Below are positions 1 through 13,509 of a stretch of 64,000 nt of DNA, one piece after another. The notes below the pieces were generated by a model. It was not told the DNA's origin. It worked only from the letters and a program-made list of their open reading frames with translations, and ran no database searches. Numbering within the stretch: position 1 is the first letter of the stretch; each line of letters begins with the position of its first letter. The position numbers and the translations under genes were made by a program. The stretch comes from an uncultured Chloroflexota bacterium (GTDB taxonomy: Bacteria > Chloroflexota > UBA11872), in assembly GCA_958296175.1 (NCBI GenBank), contig OY282448.1, positions 2,230,127 through 2,294,126 of the forward strand, given 5' to 3'.

Positions 1-2941
<2,941 letters not shown>

Positions 2942-3146
2942 GGGCGGCGGGGCGGGCGTGGGCCGCGCGGCCAACGCGCGGGCCGCAGGCGGCGGCGGCA
3001 TGGTCAAGCATGACCACCAAGCTTAGGCGATGCATCGTTCGTCAGCCGGAGGGAAGCGGCCGCGACGGCTGGCGCGCAGGCGCGAAACCGCCGGCGCACG
3101 GCGCGGCGTCACCCCGACGGCGCATCCGGCCGCGGCGACGGTTCGA

Positions 3147-4514
3147 CTACGCGCCCCACGTCAGGGCGCGGCGCAGGAAGACCATGGGGTCCTCCCGCCA
3201 CTGGGCGTAGCCGATGCGGCGGTTGTCGGTCAGCCAGTCGAGCTTGGCGTCGATGCAGGCTGCCAGCTCCGCGTCGTCCGCGGACAGCGAGAAGCCGCCG
3301 TATTCGACGGCGGGGTCCAAGGCGGTGACCACGAACGCGCCGCCTTCGCCGTGAGCAAAGTCGCGGTTGCCGATTTCGCCGCGCGCCACCGCGTCGATGC
3401 GGCCCTCGCGCAGCGCCTCCAGCAATTCGACGTCGCCGAGTTGCGTTCCCAGATAGATCACCTGCGGCATGTCGGGGCCGGGCGGGGTCAGCCGCAGCCG
3501 CTGTTCCAGGCCGGTCGACCCGCGCGCCGAGGTGATGGTGTAGGCGTCCGTGCCGTCGGCGACCAGTTCGCCCACTGACGTGTGGATGCGCGTGCCGGCG
3601 GTCAGCACGCCGGCGGCGTCGGCCAGTCCCGTCAGCTGCAACAGGCGCCCCTCGCCGGTGGTGCCGGGCAGCACGCCCACGCGGTGGCTGCTGGTCAGGT
3701 CGTCGTGGCTGGTGATCCGTTCGGCGTCTGCGGCGCGCACCAGCAGCGATTGGCGGAAGGTGACGTGGCCGGAGGTGAAGCGAATGGCCGTCTCGCCGGA
3801 GGCGCCGCGCGTGCGCGCGTCGAGGATGGTGATGCCGCCGCCGACCATGTCGAACTGCTCGCCCGCAGGGGCGAGCCAGATGCGGAAGTCGTCGTCGGCC
3901 CAGGTCGGGATGGGATGGCGCACGAACGACAACCCCGCGCCGTCCATGGCTTCCAGGGCGTTCAGCAGGTCGGCCTCGTACCCGCGGTGCTGGCTGAATC
4001 CGGCGGCGTCTGGGTCCGGGTCGGCGCTGTAGCTGATCGGCTCGAAGTACGCGTAGAACCCGTAATTCAAGGGGCGCGTCCCATCCGTGCAGGCCGGCTG
4101 CGGGAACGCCCAGGCGAACCCCTGGCGCGCGTTGCGAAGGTGGTCGTTGCGGCAGGCCTGCTCGGCCAGCTCGCCGTGCACGTACTGATAGATGCCCACG
4201 TTGTGGAAGTTCCCCAGGTGGTGCTCGAACAGGTCGTTGAGTTCCACGCAGCTCATGCTGTCCGTGCGGGCCGTCTGCGGGAACGCCCAGGCGAAGCCCC
4301 GGCGCGCGTCGTGACCGTGGTCGCTGCGGCAGGCCTGCTCGGCCAGCTCGCCGTGCACGCGCTGATAGATGCCCACGTTGTGGAAGTTCTCCAGGCCGCG
4401 CTCGAACAGGTCGTTGAGTTCCACGCAGCTCATGGGCCACTGCGCGGCCGCAGGCGCCGCCGTTCCGGCCAGCGCCAGGCTGACTGCCAATGCTGCGAGT
4501 ATCGCGCGGACCAT
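3147..4514 (-). CDS. Secreted solute-binding protein (amino-acid ABC transporter substrate-binding-protein-like C-terminal domain) with a duplicated N-terminal module of unknown function
   Basis: Start chosen at MVRAILAALAVSLALAGTAAPAAA (signal peptide), with an AGGAGCG ribosome-binding site (RBS) upstream. The C-terminal two thirds resemble periplasmic binding proteins. The N-terminus contains two about 58-aa tandem repeats (MSCVELNDLFE..NFHNVGIYQ.VHGELAEQACR). Confidence 0.6.
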   Translation of the reverse strand: MVRAILAALAVSLALAGTAAPAAAQWPMSCVELNDLFERGLENFHNVGIYQRVHGELAEQACRSDHGHDARRGFAWAFPQTARTDSMSCVELNDLFEHHLGNFHNVGIYQYVHGELAEQACRNDHLRNARQGFAWAFPQPACTDGTRPLNYGFYAYFEPISYSADPDPDAAGFSQHRGYEADLLNALEAMDGAGLSFVRHPIPTWADDDFRIWLAPAGEQFDMVGGGITILDARTRGASGETAIRFTSGHVTFRQSLLVRAADAERITSHDDLTSSHRVGVLPGTTGEGRLLQLTGLADAAGVLTAGTRIHTSVGELVADGTDAYTITSARGSTGLEQRLRLTPPGPDMPQVIYLGTQLGDVELLEALREGRIDAVARGEIGNRDFAHGEGGAFVVTALDPAVEYGGFSLSADDAELAACIDAKLDWLTDNRRIGYAQWREDPMVFLRRALTWGA

Positions 4515-4744
4515 GGATCGCTCCTGACGCGGCGCGAGGCCGTGCGACGATCCCCCGGACCGACGGCGCACGCTACTCGCCACAGCATAGACCACGGTGC
4601 AACGATATGGGCACCGGAGACCTCGGCGCCCATCCGCTCCGCGCGCCCGGCCGCGGCGCGATACGGGGTGAAACGGAAGCTATCCGCGAGCCATCCGCTC
4701 CGCGCGCCCGTCCGCGGCCTTCACCGCGAGCCGCGAGCTGCGGC

Positions 4745-5131
4745 TTACGCCAGCGGCTGATGAAAGTAGTAGCACAACCCGTCCGGCGCCACGACGAAGA
4801 AGACGCGCAGCTTGCGGCCGTCGTGATCGTCCTGGCGCTCGTTTCCGACCTCGATGCCGTTGGCTTCCAGCTCCGTCCGCGCGCGCTCGAGGTCCCCGAC
4901 CCGAATGGCCGCGCCGTCGTTGCTGGCGTCGCCGCCGTTGACGGCAAATCCAAGCTGCACGCCGTCGCGCTCCAGGATGACGGTGGGGACCGGATGCTCC
5001 CGGCGTTCTACCTCGCGCATGCCGAAGGCCCGGCCGTACCAGCGCGCCGCCTGGTCCAGGTCCGTCACCGGCAGCGCCAGCACGTCGTCGCGATAGGGGA
5101 ATGCTGCGTGGAACAGGGGAGCGTTGGGCAT
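4745..5131 (-). CDS. VOC/glyoxalase-bleomycin resistance family protein
   Basis: 128 aa; glyoxalase-like betaalpha-betabetabeta fold signature; typical size. Confidence 0.65.
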   Translation of the reverse strand: MPNAPLFHAAFPYRDDVLALPVTDLDQAARWYGRAFGMREVERREHPVPTVILERDGVQLGFAVNGGDASNDGAAIRVGDLERARTELEANGIEVGNERQDDHDGRKLRVFFVVAPDGLCYYFHQPLA

Positions 5132-5208
5132 GGCGTGGAGACCCTTGGGGGCGCATGCAATGGGCGCATGGGCGCGCGGGGCTTCAGTCTATCCGTCGGC
5201 GCCCGGCC

Positions 5209-5772
5209 TTACACCTCGTCGTACCTGAAGCAGCTCACGACGTGGTCGTTCACCATGCCCGCCGCCTGCATGAAGGCATAGCAGATGGTTGGCCCCACGA
5301 ACTGGAAGCCGCGGCGTCTGAGGCTGCGGCTCATGGCGCGCGACTCGTCGGTCTGCGCCGGGATGTCCGCCAGCGATTGGTACGCGTTCCTGCGCGGGCG
5401 CCCCTGGGCGAACTGCCAGAGCAGCGCGTCCAGCGAGCCGCAGTCCTGGATGGAGCGCAGGGCCGCCTGCGCGTTGCCAACTGCGGCGTGCAGCTTGGCC
5501 CGATGGCGGATGATGCGCGCGTCCAGCAGCCGCGCCTCGATGTCCGCCGGCGTGTAAGCCGCGATGCGCTCCAGGTCGAAGCCGTCGAACACCTTGCGGT
5601 AGCCGTGGCGGCGCCGCAGCACCGTGAGCCAGGACAGGCCTGCCTGCGCGCCTTCCAGCGTCAGCAGTTCGAACAGCGCGCGGTCGTCGTGCAGCGGCAC
5701 GCCCCATTCCCGGTCGTGGTAGTCCCGCAGCAACGGGTCGCCCGCGGCCCAGGCGCAGCGCTGGCGGCTCAC
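5209..5772 (-). CDS. tag: DNA-3-methyladenine glycosylase I
   Basis: Conserved Tag motifs: RCAWAAGDPLLRDYHDREWGVP, then LTLEGAQAGLSW and the C-terminal zinc-cysteine region. The GTG start overlaps the upstream stop as GTGA. Confidence 0.8.
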   Translation of the reverse strand: MSRQRCAWAAGDPLLRDYHDREWGVPLHDDRALFELLTLEGAQAGLSWLTVLRRRHGYRKVFDGFDLERIAAYTPADIEARLLDARIIRHRAKLHAAVGNAQAALRSIQDCGSLDALLWQFAQGRPRRNAYQSLADIPAQTDESRAMSRSLRRRGFQFVGPTICYAFMQAAGMVNDHVVSCFRYDEV

Positions 5773-6308
5773 GACGCGGCGGCCAGCCGGCGCGCGTAGC
5801 GAACCAGCGCCACGGGGCCTTCCAGGTCCAGCGCGTCCTCGCCGCCGTCGGGCGTCCAGCCGGCGGCCGCGTAGAACTGGCGCGCCGCCGGGTTGTCGCG
5901 CAGCGTCCAAAGGATCGCCGCGTCGTATCCCTGCGCGTGCAGCGCGTCGGTTGCCTGCCGCAGCAGCTCGGAACCGACGCCCTGCCGCTGCCAGCGCGGC
6001 GCCACGTAAAGCCCGTGAACCTCGCCCGTGTCCGCGGCCAGGCCGCCGCCGCGCGCCGCGCCGCTGATGACGAACCCGATCACCTCCGCGCCGGCCGCGG
6101 CCACCAGCCTGGCGGCGCGGGGGCGCTGCAATCCCTGGCGAATCCGCTGGACGCGCGCTTCGGTGACGTGCAGCTTGTCCAGATACGCATCGGCCACAAG
6201 GCCGCGAAAGCTCGTGGCCCAGGTCGAGAGCCGCAGCGCTTCCACCGCTGCCGCGTCGTCGTCAGTCATCGGGCGGATGGTCCAGGGGGCAGCGTCCGCG
6301 CGCGTCAC
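5769..6308 (-). CDS. GNAT family N-acetyltransferase
   Basis: Acetyl-CoA binding motif RWQRQGVGSELL; 179 aa; stop overlaps the tag start. Confidence 0.7.
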   Translation of the reverse strand: MTRADAAPWTIRPMTDDDAAAVEALRLSTWATSFRGLVADAYLDKLHVTEARVQRIRQGLQRPRAARLVAAAGAEVIGFVISGAARGGGLAADTGEVHGLYVAPRWQRQGVGSELLRQATDALHAQGYDAAILWTLRDNPAARQFYAAAGWTPDGGEDALDLEGPVALVRYARRLAAAS

Positions 6309-6564
6309 GGGGACGCCGCCAGCGAAGTCGGCGTTGGCAAACAGCGCGTCACGGGGCCGCCCGATCGCGTGATGGCCCGGCGGACGGCGCGGCGGTTGGG
6401 CCGCGGGAACTCAGGTGGGACGGCGGGCGCGCGCGCCCGCCGTCCTGGGCGCAGCCGCGGCGCGAGGTCGATGCACGTGCGCTCGTCCAGTCCATCCTGT
6501 CTGCCAGTATGACGCACGTCATAATCGGCGCTGAGATGCAACTGGCGCCCCCAGGACTCGCCGC

Positions 6565-7935
6565 ATGATGCGACTGCTGCGCGAACGGCTGGAGGCGCGC
6601 GCCGCGGCCGGCCGCCCCGTGACGGTGGCGCTGGCGGGCGCTGGACGGTTCGGCGCCAGCGTTGCGGCGCAGATATCCCAGATCGACGGCCTGCGGCTGG
6701 CGGCGGTGGCCGACCCCAACGCACGCAACGGCGCTGCGGCCCTGCGCGCCGCCGGCTGGACGGACGACCAGGTGCGCCGCTGCGAAGGCCCGGCCGCTGC
6801 CCGCGCGGCGCTGGCGGCCGGCGGCGCCGCGCTCACCCCCGACGCCGACGCGCTGGCAGCCGCGCACGTCGAGGTGTTCGTGGATGCCACCGGGATTCCC
6901 GAAACGGCGGCCCGCAACGCCTGGGCCGCGCTGCGCCTGGGGCGCCACGTGGTGATGGTGACGGTCGAAGCGGACGTCAGCTGCGGCTGGGCGCTGGCGC
7001 GCGAGGCGCGGCGGCAAGGCGTGGTCTACTCGCTGGCGGCCGGCGACCAGCCCATCGCCATCATGGAGCTGTTCGACTGGGCAGCGGCGCTGGGCCTGCG
7101 CGTGATTGCCGTGGGGCGCGGCACGCGGCGCTATCCGTTCGACCGGCACGGCGACCCCGACCAGGCCCTGGCGCGCCTGGGTTACGACGATGCCGCGGCA
7201 CGGCGGCTGCGGCTGAATCCCCAGATGTACAACTCGTTCCGCGACGGCACCAAGGCGCAGATCGAAATGTGCGCCGCGGCCAACATGACAGGGCTGCCGC
7301 CCGACCGCCGCGGCATGCACGAGCCTTCCGCCAGCCTGAACGACCTGCCCAACCTGTTTGCGCCGGCCGACGCCGGCGGCCTGCTGCACCGCGTCGGCGC
7401 GGTCGATCTGGCGAACGCCGTGACGCCCGACGGAGCTTCCGACATCCCCGAGCACGTGGCCGACGGTGTGTGGGCGGTGGTTGGGTCCGACCATCACCGC
7501 GTGCAAGAAGACCTGCGCATCCACGGCACGCGCGTGTCGCGGGACGGACGCCGCATGGCGCTGTTCCGCGAATACCACCTCTGCGGCGTGGAAACTCCGC
7601 TCAGCATTGCCCAGGCCGCCTTGCTGGGCGCTGCGTCAGGCGCGCCGCGCGAAGCGCCCGTCGCCGAAGTGCTGGCCTACGCCAAACGGACTCTGCGACC
7701 CGGCGACACGCTGGACGGTTCCGGCGGCCGTTTGGTCTACGGCCTCGTCGACCGAGCGGAGGCCCTGCAAACCGAGGCCGCGCTCCCGTTGGGCCTGGCG
7801 TACGGCGTCAGGGTGCTCGAGCCCGTGCCCGCCGACCGCCCCATCCCCGCCCATGCCGTGCAGGTCGACCCCAACGCCTTCATCGCCCGCCTGCGCGCCG
7901 CAGCCGCCGAGCCGCCCGCCGCGGCGTTCGGCTGA
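6565..7935 (+). CDS. NAD(P)-binding oxidoreductase with a SAF-like C-terminal domain (homoserine-dehydrogenase-like)
   Basis: N-terminal Rossmann motif VALAGAGRFG; 456 aa. It resembles predicted SAF-domain dehydrogenases. The exact substrate is unknown. Confidence 0.45.
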   Translation: MMRLLRERLEARAAAGRPVTVALAGAGRFGASVAAQISQIDGLRLAAVADPNARNGAAALRAAGWTDDQVRRCEGPAAARAALAAGGAALTPDADALAAAHVEVFVDATGIPETAARNAWAALRLGRHVVMVTVEADVSCGWALAREARRQGVVYSLAAGDQPIAIMELFDWAAALGLRVIAVGRGTRRYPFDRHGDPDQALARLGYDDAAARRLRLNPQMYNSFRDGTKAQIEMCAAANMTGLPPDRRGMHEPSASLNDLPNLFAPADAGGLLHRVGAVDLANAVTPDGASDIPEHVADGVWAVVGSDHHRVQEDLRIHGTRVSRDGRRMALFREYHLCGVETPLSIAQAALLGAASGAPREAPVAEVLAYAKRTLRPGDTLDGSGGRLVYGLVDRAEALQTEAALPLGLAYGVRVLEPVPADRPIPAHAVQVDPNAFIARLRAAAAEPPAAAFG

Positions 7936-8049
7936 CGACCACACGCCCCGCGCCGAGACGCTGCGCCGACCCCGCGCGCTGCCAGCCGCTACGGAGGTTG
8001 TCGAGCTAGATGGCGCGATTGACGATCCGACCCTGCGCGCTGCCAGCCG

Positions 8050-10451
8050 CTACGCCGCCGCCCTCGCGCTCGGCGCCTCGCCATAAACCTGATACGACAC
8101 CGCGCCGCTCTCGGACACCCTGAAATTCAGCGCCGGCACGAACGCAACGTCCCGCCAGGAGCCGGCCCGCCATTCATGCCGCAGCCGCATCCCCAGCACC
8201 CACACGCCCGGTCCCTGCATACCGCCGGACGAAGCCGCCGTAACGAACGCGCCGTGTCCATCCCGGAACCGCAGCCGCGGCGCACGCGCATCGAATTCGT
8301 ACGTGTTGGTCACCGTCCCTTCGCCCGCCGAGATCTGGCTGTCATACCAGTGAGAGCCCCGGAAGTAGTCGGCGCCGTCCACTTCGTCCGGCATACCCCA
8401 GGGCAAGCCGTCGTGCACGGCAATTGCCAACCAATCCTGACTCGTCCACCGCTCGGGGTCCTGGTCGTCCAAGGTTGCCGTGAACGAGACACGCCCATCG
8501 GCAACGCGCACGTCGGTGAGTCGGAGGCTGACAGCCAACGCCGTATCCGTTGGCGGGGGCATGATCGGGTCCACTCCGCCGCGCGGAGCGTAGACGTAGG
8601 CCTCGTCGTTCCACCAGATCGGCCGGCGGCCGTCCGGCGGAAACATCCACGGCAAGAACCACGGCGGGGCCAGCACGAGATCTGGAACATGCGAGCCGAG
8701 CGGCTCGACCTGAAACGGTGGCCGCGTGTGCAACAGCGCCAGGTCGTTGGCGCCAAGCAGCCGAGCGTGGGACACCGCCGCCGCCGCGCGCAAGAAGCCG
8801 ACAGACGTCTGCGCCGGGTGCTGCGGATCGATGAAATCTGCGTACACGTAGACCGAGGCCGAGGCGGGCACGGCCTGCCGGAGCGCCTCGAACGCCGCCG
8901 GCGTCGGCGCCGCGTCCAGCTCCAGAAACTCCGGGCGCACGCGATAGAGCGCCTCGCCGCCGTCGTGGACGAGCAGATCGAACAACCCTGGATCGGCCAG
9001 CCAGCGCGCGGCCCGGTCGGGCAGTTCGGTCACCCAGGCCTCCGTCGCATGCACGTAGGCAATGCCGAGCCGCCGCACGGCCGCGGGTTCGAGATAGTGG
9101 AGAGCGTCGCGGTGTGCCGGTCCTTCGTTTTGCTCCTGGTGAAGTCGTCCGACGAACCCACGCGCGTTGGCGCGTCCCGTCGCAATGGACATCGCGTTCG
9201 GGCTGGGCGAAAGAACGCGCGCGTCGACTGGTGTGCGGTCGCGGATGAACGCGGCGACAGCCGCCGACGTAAACGGCGGGAGCGCATAGCGGTCCATGGG
9301 GCCGACGCCGAACTCGAGCTGCCCCGGCCGAGCGTTGGCAAGCTGCGTCCCGTGCCCAACGGCCAGCCCGAGATTGCGGACCGGCGCTGCCGCGGTTGGC
9401 CAGATGACGAGGGCGGCCACGAGCGCGCCGGCCGCATAGCGCCAGCGCGGCCGCAGGTCGTGCAGCCGAGCGCCGAGCGCAACCATCAGCGCCAGCAATG
9501 CGAAGGTGCGCGCGTGCCCGTCGAACCTGACCACATCGTACGGCGCCGAGCCGTAGCGGACCGTGAGGACGGCCAGCAGGAACAGCGCGCTGCATGCTGC
9601 CAGCGCCAGCGCCAGCGCCAGGCGGTCGCGCCGGGCCAGCAGCGCTGCTGCGGCGGCCGCGGCGACGGGGCCCAGACCCAGCACGCCCAGGCCGCCCGGC
9701 TGCGGGTCGAACGTTCCAAGCAGGCGGCGGCTGCCGGCCTCGTCGGCCCAGCCCAGCGACAGGCCGGACCCGGTTGCGTTGGTCAGGGCGCCGGTGAGCA
9801 CGCCTCCGCCCGCGGCGAGCAACACGAGCGCGAGCGCCGGCCCCGCGGCGGCATGCACCGCCGCAGCGCCGTCGCCACCGCCAGGGCGAAGCTCATCCAG
9901 ATATAGGCGCCCAGCAGCTCCAGGGTGAAGGCCATGTCGGGCCCGACCGGCGGCGCCAGCGCCCCGACCAGCAGGTCGACACCGTGGTGATAGTACGCGG
10001 GTATTCCCGGGTTCCAGGATATTTCTGGAGGGAACACGCCCGCCCGAATCGCGGCGGCCAGCCCAACGTGGAGTTCATGGTCGGGCGTGAACAGCAGTTG
10101 CCGCGCCGCAAGCGCGATCCAAAACAGCAGGACGGCCGCGCCGGCGAACCCGACCGCGACGCGCACGCGCGGCCAGATCGGCCGAGGCGCGCGCCAGGCC
10201 AGCGCGGCGGCCAGCGCCACCGTGACGGCCCACCCCACGGCCGCGCCCGCCAGCCCGGGAACCGCGAACATGACGACGTTGACCAGCAGCCCCCACAGCG
10301 CTGGCCCGACCACCAGCCCCTGCGCCAGCGCCATGGCGTCGTCGTCCTGACGCAAGGCCGTGCGCACGATGACGAACCCGACCGCCGCCAACGCGCAAAG
10401 CTCTGCCGCCAGGATCAGGAGGCCCGGAACGACCGTTGGATCGACACGCAT
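8050..10451 (-). pseudogene. Tandem paralogue (copy A) of a large polytopic membrane protein; it carries an internal deletion of about 170 aa and a frameshift relative to copy B
   Basis: ORFs 9783..10451 (N-terminal part, 222 aa) and 8050..9858 (C-terminal part, 602 aa) sit in different frames and overlap by 76 bp. Both parts align at about 85-90% identity to the single 974-aa ORF of copy B. The first and last 130 bp are nearly identical at the DNA level. Confidence 0.5.
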
Positions 10452-10605
10452 CTAGCGGCGTCTCCAGATCCTTGCCCAACGCCGAATCGACGCGGCCGAA
10501 CGCACGCTGAGCCACGCGCAGGCACAGGGGCGTGCGGCTCGCATGCCTCGTGTCGTGGATCGAGGCGCAAAACCCGTCACCCGCAGGCTCCCGTGCTGCG
10601 GAGGT

Positions 10606-13509
10606 CTACGGGAGGCGCCTGACCGCACGCGGATCTTCGTAAGGAGCATACGCCGCCTCGCCGTCTGCGGAGACCTCGATGCGCAGCACCGGGAGGTAGG
10701 CCGTGTCGCTCCGGGCCTCGGCGCTCGGCTCGCGCCGCAGACGCATTGCCAGCACCCAGACGCCCGGCCCGGGGATCTGGCCGGACGATGCCGCGTCGAC
10801 GAACGTCCCCTGGTCATCGCGCGCGGCAAGCCGGGACGTGCGCGCGTCGAAGTCAAACGTCTGGGGTGCTGGCGCCTCGTCGGGCGGAAAATGACCGGCG
10901 AACCACACCACGTAAATCGGCGTGCGATTGTGCGGGGGGACGGTCCGTGGAAGCGCCCGCGGCGAATCGTCCACGGCCACGACCAGCCAATCCTGTCCAT
11001 CCCAGTGCGTGGCCGTGTCCAGCAGCGTGGCCGTAAACACGGCGCGCCCATCCAGGGTGTGCGCGTCGGACACCCGCACGCTGGCGGCGATGGGCGGCGC
11101 GTCAGGCGGCATGATTGGCGCCACGGCGCCGCGCGGCGCGATGACGGCAAGCTCGTCGTTCCACCAGACTGGCTGGCGGCTGTCCGGCGGAAACATCCAG
11201 GGCAGCAACGGCAGCGGCGCCGCGACGAGGTCGGGCTCGACGCCGCCCAGCGGTTCGATCTGGAAGGGCCGCCGCAGATGCGCCACGCTCGAATCGAGCT
11301 GGCCGACCAGGCGCGCGTGGTCCAGCGACGCGGCGATGCGCACCATGGCCTTCGACTCGAACGGCGCAGGCAGCCAGACGACGGCGGACGCCGGCACGGA
11401 CTGCCGCAGCGCCTCGTACGAGGCGGGCGCTGGCGGCGCATCGATCTGCAGGAACGCCGGGCGCACGCGGTAGAGCGCGTCGGCGCCGTCGCGAACCAGA
11501 AGGTCGAAGTAGCGCGGATTCTCCAGCCGCCGCCGTGCCTGAGCCGGAAGCTCGGCCGCCCAGACGTCCGTGGCATGCACGTAGTCGACCTCCAGCCGGC
11601 GGACGGCGGTCGGATCGAGGAAGCCCGCGGCATCTCGATACGCGGCGCCAGTCATTCTGCCCAGGTGAAATCGTCCGGCAAGCCCAGACACGTTCGGTCG
11701 CCCCGTGGCAAACGTCATCCGATGGGGACTCGGTGAGAGGACTCTCGCGTCGACGGCCGTGCGGTCGCGGATGAATGCGGCGACGTCCGAGCGCGCCAGA
11801 GATCCGACCTGCTGCCGACTGATTGCGTGGATCCTGATCCCCGGCTGCTCCGCTGACGCATTGGAAACCTGCACGCCGTGCCCGACGGACAGCCCGAGAT
11901 TGCGAACCGGCGCCGCCGCGGTTGGCCAGATGACGAGGGCAACCACCACCGCGCCGGCCGCGTAGCGCCAGCGCGGCCGCAGGTCGTGCAGCCGGGCGCT
12001 GAGTGCAACCATCAACGCCAGCACCGCGAAGGTGCGTGCGTGCCCGTCGAATCTGACCAAATCGTGCGACGCCGAGCCGTAGCGGACCGTGAGGACGGCC
12101 AGCAGGAACAGCGCGCTGCCGGCCGCCAGCGCCAGCGCCAGGCGGTCGCGCCGGGCCAGCAGCGCCGCGGCGGCGGCCACGACGACGGGGCCCAGACCCA
12201 GCACGCCCACGCCGCCCGGCTGCGGGTCGAACGTTCCGACCAGCCGCCGATTGCCGGGATCCGCAGGCGCGCCCACGGACAAGCCCGACGCGGCCCCCTC
12301 GGTGAGCATGCCGGTGAGCGTGGAGGTGAAGACGCCCCCGCCCGCGGCAAGCAGGAGGACGGCAAGCGCCGGCCCGGCGGCGGCATGCGCCGCCGGGCGC
12401 AGGCGCCGCGGCATCGCCGCTCGGGTCGACCAAAGCGCCGCGGCCTCGAGCGCCGCCCATAGCGCCAGCACGATAGGCGCAACGGTTTCGTCGGCGAGCC
12501 CCAGGAACCCGACCAGCGCCGCCAACGTCACGGCGGCCGGCCAGCCCCCAGGCCGATTCGCTGCGGCAACGCCGCCGCCGACCACCCGCGCACCGCGCCT
12601 GGTCCCCGGTAGGCCGGCCGCCGCCCGCTCCAACACCACGAGCGCCAGCGCATAGGCCAGCACGAAGAACGGTTTGAACAGATTGGGCGGCGACGGGCCG
12701 TAGCCGTTCATCCCGCGAAATTCCCAGCTCCACGGCGGTTCGGTGGGCCAGTAGATGTCGAGCAGCGACGCGCGCAGGCCGGCGGACGGCACGCCGGCCG
12801 GGACGGGAACGTCCACCACGTGCGCTGGCGTGTAGACCACCAGCGTCCAGGCGCCCGCCGACAGCAGCAGCGGCACGGTGACCAGCACGGCGCCCCAGAA
12901 CGCGCGCGTCCACAGCGCCGTTGCCACGGTCAGCGCCAGGCTCACCCAGATATAGGCGCTCAGCAGCTCCATGGCGAACGCCAGGTCGGGGCCGACCGGC
13001 GGCGCCAACGCGCCCAGCAGCAGATCGGTGCCGTAGTGGTAATTGGCCGGCGCGCCAGGGCTGTAGGGCAGCTCCGGCGGGAACCCGCCCTCGCGAATCG
13101 CAGCGGCCAGCCCCAGGTGGAGGTGCGCGTCCGGCGTGTGCAACTGCTGCCGGGCCGCCAGGGCGACCCAGAAAAGCGCCAGGGCGGCGACGAAGAACCC
13201 GGCCGCAACGCGCGGCTGTGGCAGGAGGCGCGTGCGGCTGCGCCGCGCGCGCCAGGCAAGCGCGGCGGCAAGCGCCAGCATGACGACCCACCCCACGGCG
13301 GCGCCGGCGCGGCCGGGAACTGCGTACATGACGAAGTTGACCAGCAGCCCCCACAGCGCCGGCCCCACCACCAACCCCTGCGCCAGCGCCATGGCGTCGT
13401 CGTCCTGACGCAGGGCCGTGCGCACGATGACGAACCCGACCGCCGCCAGCGCGCAAAGCTCCGCCGCCAGCAGCAGCAGGCCGGGAAGGACGGTTGGGTC
13501 GACGGTCAT
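10606..13509 (-). CDS. Large polytopic membrane protein with an extracytoplasmic C-terminal domain (possible GT-C-type glycosyltransferase; function unknown), copy B
   Basis: Intact 967-aa ORF. Start chosen at MTVDPTVLPGLL by homology to the copy A start MRVDPTVVPGLL. The N-terminal half has 10 or more hydrophobic segments; the C-terminal half is soluble. The alternative 835-aa ORF 11102..13609 is rejected. Confidence 0.4.
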   Translation of the reverse strand: MTVDPTVLPGLLLLAAELCALAAVGFVIVRTALRQDDDAMALAQGLVVGPALWGLLVNFVMYAVPGRAGAAVGWVVMLALAAALAWRARRSRTRLLPQPRVAAGFFVAALALFWVALAARQQLHTPDAHLHLGLAAAIREGGFPPELPYSPGAPANYHYGTDLLLGALAPPVGPDLAFAMELLSAYIWVSLALTVATALWTRAFWGAVLVTVPLLLSAGAWTLVVYTPAHVVDVPVPAGVPSAGLRASLLDIYWPTEPPWSWEFRGMNGYGPSPPNLFKPFFVLAYALALVVLERAAAGLPGTRRGARVVGGGVAAANRPGGWPAAVTLAALVGFLGLADETVAPIVLALWAALEAAALWSTRAAMPRRLRPAAHAAAGPALAVLLLAAGGGVFTSTLTGMLTEGAASGLSVGAPADPGNRRLVGTFDPQPGGVGVLGLGPVVVAAAAALLARRDRLALALAAGSALFLLAVLTVRYGSASHDLVRFDGHARTFAVLALMVALSARLHDLRPRWRYAAGAVVVALVIWPTAAAPVRNLGLSVGHGVQVSNASAEQPGIRIHAISRQQVGSLARSDVAAFIRDRTAVDARVLSPSPHRMTFATGRPNVSGLAGRFHLGRMTGAAYRDAAGFLDPTAVRRLEVDYVHATDVWAAELPAQARRRLENPRYFDLLVRDGADALYRVRPAFLQIDAPPAPASYEALRQSVPASAVVWLPAPFESKAMVRIAASLDHARLVGQLDSSVAHLRRPFQIEPLGGVEPDLVAAPLPLLPWMFPPDSRQPVWWNDELAVIAPRGAVAPIMPPDAPPIAASVRVSDAHTLDGRAVFTATLLDTATHWDGQDWLVVAVDDSPRALPRTVPPHNRTPIYVVWFAGHFPPDEAPAPQTFDFDARTSRLAARDDQGTFVDAASSGQIPGPGVWVLAMRLRREPSAEARSDTAYLPVLRIEVSADGEAAYAPYEDPRAVRRLP

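Noticed and set aside
3109-4760. ORFs 3109..4440 (-, 443 aa) and 3582..4760 (+, 392 aa)
   Set aside because: They are alternate-frame or antisense overlaps of the signal-peptide-bearing binding-protein gene. Both are Arg/Pro/Gly-rich junk typical of 70% GC.
6349-7578. 409-aa minus-strand ORF
   Set aside because: Antisense to the Rossmann-fold dehydrogenase gene 6565..7935; no motifs.
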